From IMG/VR virus record IMGVR_UViG_3300047557_003310, positions 32,001-96,000 of that record: a stretch of DNA of 64,000 bases; one strand, given 5' to 3'. Of the stretch, positions 57,033 to 64,000 are shown piece by piece (within the stretch, counting starts at the first letter, position 1; the number at the start of each line of letters is the position of its first letter). The stretch comes from a virus. Made by a program: the position numbers and the translations under genes. The notes below the pieces were generated by a model. That model made no database searches. It saw only the letters and a list, made by a program, of their open reading frames with translations, and was not told the origin of the DNA.

Positions 57033-57248
57033 ATGTCAATTACAGAAAAATTTAAAAAAGACATGCAAGCCATTCGTGGTGCAGCAAAAGGTGACTTTTA
57101 TCTAGATGTAAAAAACCCTAAACTTTACAAAAAACTTTTTAAATTTTATGAAAATCAAGGCATTGTTTTTTCCGGTGATCCATTAGATGATTATGAAATT
57201 CTAATGGAATATGTTGCACAAGATCTGGAAACTGTGGAAGCAGCTTAA
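57033..57248 (+). CDS. conserved hypothetical
   Basis: LDVKNPKLYKK, FSGDPLDDYE. Confidence 0.75.
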   Translation: MSITEKFKKDMQAIRGAAKGDFYLDVKNPKLYKKLFKFYENQGIVFSGDPLDDYEILMEYVAQDLETVEAA

Positions 57249-57313
57249 GTCACGGAGAGACTTTAAAAGTACTGGTCGGAGCATAGTCACGGAGAGACTT
57301 TAAAAGTACTGGT
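57248..57313 (+). repeat. two exact 29-bp direct repeats separated by 8 nt
   Basis: AGTCACGGAGAGACTTTAAAAGTACTGGT at 57248-57276 and 57285-57313. Confidence 0.95.
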
Positions 57314-57366
57314 GGAGTCAATTATGACCCTATTGTCACACACAAACACACATATGGAGATTAATT

Positions 57367-57579
57367 ATGTCCAAAACACCTTACGAACTTCGTTTTGAAA
57401 TCTTTAAGCAAGCATATAAGATGCTTAATGATAATTTCTGTGTTGAATATGATTATGTGCGAGAATGGAATGACAATTCCATGAATACTGTCAAGATGGA
57501 TCTTCCAGAATTTCCAACTCTAAACCAAGTTCTTCAGCAAGCACAAGTGATTAATGACTTTGTTTCTGAAACGAAATAG
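57367..57579 (+). CDS. hypothetical protein
   Basis: MSKTPYELRFEIFKQA...FVS; SD GGAG. Confidence 0.75.
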   Translation: MSKTPYELRFEIFKQAYKMLNDNFCVEYDYVREWNDNSMNTVKMDLPEFPTLNQVLQQAQVINDFVSETK

Positions 57580-57682
57580 GTTTCTTGCCATTCCTTAAAA
57601 AGGCAAGTGGTGCGGATGGAGATTACTCCCGCCTGGTTTCCAATTTCCAGTCAAAGAATTGGTGGCGTGCATGGCAGACCTA
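57578..57682 (+). ncRNA. manA-like structured RNA (tandem pseudoknot modules)
   Basis: Two GGTTTC-x-TCC-A-rich-x'-GTGG modules with compensatory changes; lies upstream of a mannose-phosphate isomerase gene and near tRNAs. Confidence 0.65.
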
Positions 57683-57690
57683 AATTTATA

Positions 57691-57717
57691 AGAGGAGTTG
57701 TTTGCTCCTCTTTTTTT
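57691..57717 (+). terminator. terminator between the manA-like RNA and the sugar operon
   Basis: AGAGGAG-TTGTTTG-CTCCTCT plus T-tract. Confidence 0.8.
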
Positions 57718-57729
57718 ATATGATTTTAT

Positions 57730-58068
57730 ATGGAAAGAATTAATCGCCCTTGGGGCTGGTATGAAAATATACAGGAAGATACTGGATATAAAGTTAAAAG
57801 ACTTTATGTTCAGCCAAATAAAAAAATATCTTTGCAATATCACATCCAGCGAAATGAACACTGGATTGTAGTGTCTGGTGACGGTAAGTTTGAACTAAAT
57901 GAAATAGTTAAAGATGTTTCAATAGGCGATTATATTTTTGTTCCAATGACAGCTAAACATCGTATAGTTGGGGGAAGTTGTGGTATAATGATAATTGAAA
58001 TCCAACTAGGAAAAATTTGTGATGAAGAAGATATTGTTAGACTTGAAGATGAGTATGGGAGAATTTAA
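57730..58068 (+). CDS. type II mannose-6-phosphate isomerase (cupin) domain protein
   Basis: RPWGWY, SLQYH..RNEHWIVVSG, EEDIVRLEDEYGR. Confidence 0.9.
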   Translation: MERINRPWGWYENIQEDTGYKVKRLYVQPNKKISLQYHIQRNEHWIVVSGDGKFELNEIVKDVSIGDYIFVPMTAKHRIVGGSCGIMIIEIQLGKICDEEDIVRLEDEYGRI

Positions 58069-58071
58069 GTC

Positions 58072-59073
58072 ATGAAAACAGCATTAATAACAGGAATTAC
58101 AGGACAAGATGGGTCGTATCTCGCAGAATTATTACTTGAAAGGGGGTATCAAGTTCATGGAATTATTAGACGTGCTTCTTTAATTAATACACATAGGATT
58201 GACCATATTTACGATCAAATTAAGCTTCATTATGGAGATCTTACAGATTCGACAAATCTTGTAAGAGTCATTCAACAAGTTCAACCTGATGAGATTTATA
58301 ATTTAGGGGCACAGAGTCATGTAAAGGTATCTTTTGAGATGCCTGAATATACAGGACAGACTGACGCTTTAGGGACACTTCGCATTCTTGAGGCAGTTCG
58401 TCTTCTGGGTATGGAAAATAAAACTAGAATTTATCAAGCATCCACTTCAGAGATGTTTGGTAAAGTTCAGGAGATTCCACAAAAAGAAACTACACCTTTT
58501 TATCCTCGTTCACCTTATGGAGTTGCAAAAGTTTATGGATACTGGATTGTCAAAAACTACCGAGAGTCTTATGGATTACACGCAAGTTCTGGAATTCTTT
58601 TCAATCATGAATCCCCTAGAAGAGGAGAAACTTTTGTCACACGAAAAATCACTAGAGGATTATCATCTATTTCAACTGGGCAGCAAGATATACTATATCT
58701 CGGCAATCTGAACGCAAAACGAGACTGGGGACACGCTAAGGACTTTGTAGAGGCTATGTGGTTGATGCTCCAACAGGATGAACCAGATGATTATGTCATA
58801 GCTACTGGAGAGCAGTATTCGGTGCGTGAGTTTGTTGAGGAAGCAGCACCATACTTTGGTATGAATATTGTATGGGAAGGTGAAGGACTTAATGAAGTTG
58901 GTATTGATAAGAATACTAAAAGAGAGGTTGTGAGAGTGAGTCCTAAATATTTCCGACCTGCTGAAGTAGAGACCTTATTAGGTGATGCCACTAAGGCAAA
59001 GGAGAAACTAGGTTGGGAACCTAAAATTTCTTTTAAACAATTAGTTGAGGATATGTGTATTAATGGACAGTGA
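58072..59073 (+). CDS. gmd: GDP-mannose 4,6-dehydratase
   Basis: [29 protein letters not shown]. Confidence 0.97.
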   Translation: MKTALITGITGQDGSYLAELLLERGYQVHGIIRRASLINTHRIDHIYDQIKLHYGDLTDSTNLVRVIQQVQPDEIYNLGAQSHVKVSFEMPEYTGQTDALGTLRILEAVRLLGMENKTRIYQASTSEMFGKVQEIPQKETTPFYPRSPYGVAKVYGYWIVKNYRESYGLHASSGILFNHESPRRGETFVTRKITRGLSSISTGQQDILYLGNLNAKRDWGHAKDFVEAMWLMLQQDEPDDYVIATGEQYSVREFVEEAAPYFGMNIVWEGEGLNEVGIDKNTKREVVRVSPKYFRPAEVETLLGDATKAKEKLGWEPKISFKQLVEDMCINGQ

Positions 59074-60022
59074 TTCTAAAGTATTAGTTTGTGGCGCCAA
59101 CGGAATGGTTGGTTCGGCAATCGTGAGAAATCTTGAAAGTAAAGGTTATACCAACATCATCAAAGGGACTCGTAAATCTGTAGATTTTACAGATGAACTA
59201 ATAACTGATGAGTATATTCAATCTGTAGAACCTGAGTATGTGTTTGTTGCTGCTGCCAAAGTTGGCGGTATTATGGCAAATAGCAACTATAAGGCAGATT
59301 TTTTAACTGAGAATCTTCGTATTCAAACTAACATTATTGATTCTGCTTATCGTTGTGGTGTAAAAAAACTTCTCTTTTTAGGATCTTCTTGTATATATCC
59401 GAAGTTTGCGACTCAACCTATTACTGAAGATCAGTTGATGTGTGGTCCTCTAGAACCAACTAATGATGCCTATGCAATTGCTAAGATTGCTGGTATTATG
59501 ATGTGTCAAGCATATCGTCAGCAGCACGGGTTTAATGCTATCTCATTGATGCCTACGAATCTTTATGGACCAAATGATAACTTTGATTTGGAAACCTCTC
59601 ACGTTCTTCCAGCAATGATTGCAAAGTTTCATCATGCTAAGAAGAATCAATATACTATTGACATGGGAGGTCCTTGGTATGGTTCGGTAAAACTTTGGGG
59701 TGATGGTTCTGCGATGCGTGAATTTTTACACGTTGATGATCTTGCAGAAGCTTGTTATGTTTGTATGCAAAAATATGATGAACCAGAACATGTTAATGTT
59801 GGAACTGGAGAAGATATAACAATTAAAGAACTTGCGGAAACTATTTCTAGAGTAGTTGGGTTTATGGGTGATATTGAATGGGATACGACAAAACCAAATG
59901 GAACTCCTAGAAAAGTTTTGAATATTAATAAGATTAAATCTCTTGGTTGGGAACCAAAAATTTCTCTTAATGCGGGAATTAAAAAAACTTATGAATGGGG
60001 TTTAAAAAATGATAGGATTTAA
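59063..60022 (+). CDS. fcl: GDP-L-fucose synthase
   Basis: [33 protein letters not shown]. Confidence 0.96.
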   Translation: MDSDSKVLVCGANGMVGSAIVRNLESKGYTNIIKGTRKSVDFTDELITDEYIQSVEPEYVFVAAAKVGGIMANSNYKADFLTENLRIQTNIIDSAYRCGVKKLLFLGSSCIYPKFATQPITEDQLMCGPLEPTNDAYAIAKIAGIMMCQAYRQQHGFNAISLMPTNLYGPNDNFDLETSHVLPAMIAKFHHAKKNQYTIDMGGPWYGSVKLWGDGSAMREFLHVDDLAEACYVCMQKYDEPEHVNVGTGEDITIKELAETISRVVGFMGDIEWDTTKPNGTPRKVLNINKIKSLGWEPKISLNAGIKKTYEWGLKNDRI

Positions 60023-60800
60023 TTATCTTGGTAAGCAAGGTAGACTTGCCAATCAAATGTTTCAATATTCTGCTTTAAAAGGAATTGCCAGAAAACATGG
60101 ATACACTTGGTGTATACCACCAAGTAACTTCAGTAATCCCTATTATGAACATCAATTATTTGAAATTTTTAATTTACCATCATTAACTAATATTTCGTAT
60201 TTACCTCAAGATTTTCCTATAATACAAGAAAGAGGATTTGAGTTTGATGAAAAACTATTTGAAACATGTCCAGATAATATTAATTTATATGGATATTTTC
60301 AAACAGAAAAATATTTTAAACATATTGAAAATGAAATCCGAGAAGATTTTTCTTTCAAGGATGAAATAATCGATCCATGTAAAAAAATGATAGATGAACT
60401 TGGTGATTGTATATCGTTGCACGTAAGAAGAACGGATTATGTTTCTAACTGTATTGAACATCCTCCTTTAAGTTTAGATTACTATAGTCAAGCATTAAAT
60501 TATTTTGATGAAAATGCTAGAGTAATTATTTTTTCTGATGATGTTGATTGGTGTAAAGCTCAAGAAATTTTTAAATCAGACAGATTTTTAATATCAGAAT
60601 CTAAAAATAATGCGATAGATTTATGTTTGATGACATTATGTAATGGTCATATTATTGCTAATTCTTCGTATTCTTGGTGGGGATGTTGGTTATCTAACTC
60701 TATCGTAAAAATTGCCCCAACTAAATGGTTTGGTACAACTGGAGATACAGCAAAAAACAATACGAAAGATCTTATTCCAAGTGATTGGATTGTAATTTAG
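60009..60800 (+). CDS. alpha-1,2-fucosyltransferase (GT11)
   Basis: GRLANQMFQY, GYFQ, HVRRTDY, NSSYSWW. Confidence 0.92.
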   Translation: MIGFNYLGKQGRLANQMFQYSALKGIARKHGYTWCIPPSNFSNPYYEHQLFEIFNLPSLTNISYLPQDFPIIQERGFEFDEKLFETCPDNINLYGYFQTEKYFKHIENEIREDFSFKDEIIDPCKKMIDELGDCISLHVRRTDYVSNCIEHPPLSLDYYSQALNYFDENARVIIFSDDVDWCKAQEIFKSDRFLISESKNNAIDLCLMTLCNGHIIANSSYSWWGCWLSNSIVKIAPTKWFGTTGDTAKNNTKDLIPSDWIVI

Positions 60801-60810
60801 GAGAATAAAC

Positions 60811-62397
60811 ATGAGTTGGAATTTAATTACTTTTTCATATGGGTCGAAACAATACTATGAAGCACAATTATTTTTATCCTCTTTTTTGGAAAAACATAAC
60901 GTAAACTCGTATAATTATGATGAGTCTTATTTGAAAAATACTAAATTTTATGAGGATAATAAAAATTATTTACGTAGAGAAAATAAGTATGGGTGGTGTG
61001 CTTGGAAACCATTTCTTATCATTGAAACAATGAAAAAATTGAAAGAAGGTGATAAAATAGTACTTTGTGATGTAGATGATATTATTCATCCATATACATT
61101 TTCTTATGTAGATGAAATCATGGGAGATGACCCTTCATTGTTTGTGTTGGGTGGATCCAATCAAAAAATGCAAACGAAAAGAGATTGTTTCGTTTTTATG
61201 GATTGTGACGAAGAAGATTACTGGGATTCAGTGCAATTAGAGGCAGGAATTACATTTTGGAGAGTGTGCGAAGAATCTAAACAAATTCTTTCCGAATGGT
61301 TAAATTATTGTTTAGATGAAAGAATTAATGGGGAAGACTCTAATTTTTCTGGAAAAGAAAATTTTAAAGAATTTACTGGATGGTCTGGTAAGGATCAAAG
61401 CATTTTAACTAACATAGCGATTAAGTATGGTCTATCCGTGGATGATGGCACAATTAGAAATTATATTGAATGTAATGCTGGAGCTTGGTATGATCGATAC
61501 TTGGATTCTAAGGCTCCAATTTGTAGAGAAATTGATGTGTTACTTTTAGAATTAATTGATATATGTCCTTACATCAATAGAACTTTCCATAGCATTGTTC
61601 TTACCGTACATAACAAAGAATTTTTACTTGATAAAGTATTAAATGGGATACAGAAAAATACTATAGGTGAATATGAATTAATTATTGTCCTTGATGGTTG
61701 TATTGATAGATCTTGTGAGATTGTTGAAAAATTTGTTAACGAATACAAATCTATTCCTATTAAAGTATTAGAAACTCCAGACATTTATGAAACAAAAGCA
61801 AATAATGTTGGAATCAAAGAAGCAAATGGCGAATATGTAATCATTGTTCAAGATGACATGGTAATCGATGAAATTGGTTGGAATAGGAGACTAGAGAAGC
61901 CATTCAATTGTTTTGATGATGTTTTTGCCGTAACTGCTAGGACTTCCCATAACTGGATATATAATAAAGATTCAAAACATATTGGAATGAGTGAAGATCT
62001 TGATGATTGCTATTGTGACATATTAATACATTGCGATCATGCAGATAAAACTAATGTACCAAGAGATACTTTTGCTGTCAGGGGTTCTGTAAATAGAGGA
62101 CCATTAATGATAAAACTAGATGATCTTAAAACTCTAAATTATCTTGATGAGGAATATGCTCCTCTTGATATGGATGACCATGATCTTATGTTTAGAGCAA
62201 GAAAAGAACTTAATAAAGTTTGTGGATGTTATTGGATCAATTATCAATCTGAAAATGAATGGGGTGGAACCAGAATTAATGGATCTCCTGCTCCTTGGTA
62301 CTTAAAATCTCAACATAAAAATGTTAAAATATTTTATGATAGATATAAAGACTTTTTAGATGCTTATCGAATCATAGAAAATAGGAAAGTTAGTTAA
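60811..62397 (+). CDS. two-domain glycosyltransferase (C-terminal GT2)
   Basis: N-domain WKP...DQSILT; C-domain VLDGC, QDDMV, DDHDL. Confidence 0.8.
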   Translation: MSWNLITFSYGSKQYYEAQLFLSSFLEKHNVNSYNYDESYLKNTKFYEDNKNYLRRENKYGWCAWKPFLIIETMKKLKEGDKIVLCDVDDIIHPYTFSYVDEIMGDDPSLFVLGGSNQKMQTKRDCFVFMDCDEEDYWDSVQLEAGITFWRVCEESKQILSEWLNYCLDERINGEDSNFSGKENFKEFTGWSGKDQSILTNIAIKYGLSVDDGTIRNYIECNAGAWYDRYLDSKAPICREIDVLLLELIDICPYINRTFHSIVLTVHNKEFLLDKVLNGIQKNTIGEYELIIVLDGCIDRSCEIVEKFVNEYKSIPIKVLETPDIYETKANNVGIKEANGEYVIIVQDDMVIDEIGWNRRLEKPFNCFDDVFAVTARTSHNWIYNKDSKHIGMSEDLDDCYCDILIHCDHADKTNVPRDTFAVRGSVNRGPLMIKLDDLKTLNYLDEEYAPLDMDDHDLMFRARKELNKVCGCYWINYQSENEWGGTRINGSPAPWYLKSQHKNVKIFYDRYKDFLDAYRIIENRKVS

Positions 62398-63210
62398 ATG
62401 AGTAAACATAGAAGTTATTATTTAAATTTTATTAAAAATATATTTTCTCAAAATGGAGAAGATGGAATCATTGAAAAATTATTTGATGATTTAAAAATAA
62501 ATGGAGGAGTATTATGTGAATTTGGCGCTTGGGATGGAATTTACTTGAGCAATATTGCAAATCTTTATTTAAAAAATAAAAATTATGATTCTATTTTGAT
62601 TGAATCGGATTCATCCCGTGCAAAAGAATGCTTAGAATTATTATTAAATTACGACAATGTAGAAGTTTATAATATTTTAATTTCTTCTGATGTCAACAGT
62701 GAACATTCTATTGATAATATTTTAAGTAAATCATCTTTTGACTTGAGTGATGATAATTTTTCTTTAATTTCTATTGATGTCGATAGTTGTGATTACTATA
62801 TTTTTGACTCTCTAAAAAAATACAATCCAAAAGTAGTTGTTATTGAAACGGCGAATCAAAGTTTATATTATGGTTATAATTATGAATTAATAAGTTATGA
62901 TTCTGGGTGTTCTCTGAAAAGTGCAGTGAATCTTGCTGAGGAAAAAGGATATACCCTTGTTGCACACACTGGTAATGCATTTTTTGTTAGAAATGATTTA
63001 CTTGACAGATTGCCAAAAAATGATTATAGTATAAAAAACTTATACGTTGATATTTCGGAAATTATATCCTATTGTGCTGCATCTAAATCTGATGGCACCA
63101 TAGGAAAATATAATATTTCTAATGGTGATGTATATTTTACTTCTTCTGAGTATTCTGAATTTATTGACAGTGTAAAAAGTAAACTTCTAAGTGGGGGGAA
63201 ATTATTATGA
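62398..63210 (+). CDS. FkbM-like methyltransferase
   Basis: SQNGEDG, EFGAWDG, SIDVD. Confidence 0.8.
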   Translation: MSKHRSYYLNFIKNIFSQNGEDGIIEKLFDDLKINGGVLCEFGAWDGIYLSNIANLYLKNKNYDSILIESDSSRAKECLELLLNYDNVEVYNILISSDVNSEHSIDNILSKSSFDLSDDNFSLISIDVDSCDYYIFDSLKKYNPKVVVIETANQSLYYGYNYELISYDSGCSLKSAVNLAEEKGYTLVAHTGNAFFVRNDLLDRLPKNDYSIKNLYVDISEIISYCAASKSDGTIGKYNISNGDVYFTSSEYSEFIDSVKSKLLSGGKLL

Positions 63211-63815
63211 AAATTTCTAGAGAAAGATGGGAAAAGGCTCAAATTGCCGAATATGCGGAATTAAATGAAACTACAGATCCCGGTGAAAGTGCTTACGAAT
63301 ATGCTGTAAGATCTACATTTGAACTTTTAGGTGCTGACCTAGGTAATGATTTTGTGGATAAAGTATTAGTTGAAATTGGAACTGGATTTTATCCTGCTCT
63401 TCTTTGGGCTAAAAACTTCAAAAGAGGTATCGCAATTGATCCACTTTTTGATAAGTGGCCTAAGCAGTATAGTGATAGGTGTTTGAATGCAGGATTAGAA
63501 ATGATTTCTCATCCTTATGAAGATCTACAAATTGAAGAAGAAGTTGATGAAACATGGTTCTTTAATGTTCTTCAACATGTAATAGATCCAGAAGAACAAT
63601 TAAAGAAAGCTATGCAAACTTCTAAAGTTGTTAGAATTTTTGAACCAATAGGCTGGGGAAATGGTATTCCACTAACTATTAATGAGGCGCATCCTCACAT
63701 TATTTCAAAAGAAACTATTACTAATGTAATGGGAGATTTTGGATTTATATATCAACCAAATCAAGTTGATAGATTTCATCAAGCTGAATGTTACTACGGA
63801 ACTTGGAAAAAATGA
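63207..63815 (+). CDS. SAM-dependent methyltransferase
   Basis: VEIGTG, IDP, FNVLQHVIDP. Confidence 0.8.
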   Translation: MKISRERWEKAQIAEYAELNETTDPGESAYEYAVRSTFELLGADLGNDFVDKVLVEIGTGFYPALLWAKNFKRGIAIDPLFDKWPKQYSDRCLNAGLEMISHPYEDLQIEEEVDETWFFNVLQHVIDPEEQLKKAMQTSKVVRIFEPIGWGNGIPLTINEAHPHIISKETITNVMGDFGFIYQPNQVDRFHQAECYYGTWKK

Positions 63816-64000
63816 CTATTGCAATTACAAAAGAACGTTGGAATCAAGCTCAAGAAGAAGAATTGAGACTTTCCTCTATTGATATTAATCCTAGGTACTA
63901 TGAAAAAATGTATTTTACCATGGCAAAATTAATGAATATAAACTTTGCCATGGATTTTGTTGATAAATCAATTATTGAGATTGGTCCTGGTCCTTTAGGT
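63812..64000 (+). CDS. paralogous methyltransferase, 3' truncated by the window
   Basis: MTIAITKERWNQAQEEE...DFVDKSIIEIGPGPLG mirrors the preceding gene. Confidence 0.75.
   Translation, partial: MTIAITKERWNQAQEEELRLSSIDINPRYYEKMYFTMAKLMNINFAMDFVDKSIIEIGPGPLG

Noticed and set aside
57248-57313. Direct repeat as a mini-CRISPR array
   Set aside because: Only two copies with an 8-nt spacer; no cas genes in the window
1019-61784. Numerous 60-143 aa antisense or alternative-frame ORFs inside core genes
   Set aside because: No recognisable motifs; expected from codon bias of the sense genes
1-64000. Alternative genetic code or suppressor tRNA
   Set aside because: TAA, TAG and TGA all end conserved genes at expected positions; no CTA, TCA or TTA anticodon found

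Overview
AT-rich segment of a T4-like myovirus, most likely a cyanophage (inferred from T4 gene order plus gnd, hsp20, mazG, the CobS/VWA pair, sigma70-type early promoters and TATAAATA late promoters). Almost everything is on the + strand. 1-17.1 kb: neck, tail, terminase and head module (gp13-gp23, gp3). 17-48 kb: recombination, replication and nucleotide metabolism (uvsY, uvsW, gp55, gp47/46, gp45/44/62, regA, gp43, uvsX, gp41, mazG, gp61, nrdA/nrdB), interrupted by a late-promoter block of putative capsid-internal proteins. 50.5-57.7 kb: lysozyme, 8 canonical tRNAs and several unexplained structured RNAs. 57.7-64 kb: GDP-fucose/glycosyl-/methyltransferase cluster. Main findings: (1) nrdA is fractured at its catalytic cysteine by a naturally split intein with a free-standing GIY-YIG endonuclease between the halves; (2) all three putative homing endonuclease genes are preceded by a late promoter plus hairpin; (3) a set of non-canonical tRNA-like and structured RNAs lies among the tRNAs; (4) a manA-like tandem-pseudoknot RNA plus terminator precedes the sugar operon; (5) several proteins carry a T4 capsid-targeting-like N-terminus; (6) a decayed duplicate of the gp44 5' end, an NblA-like micro-ORF and an origin-like antisense promoter. 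All family assignments are by eye from motifs and synteny; no searches were run.
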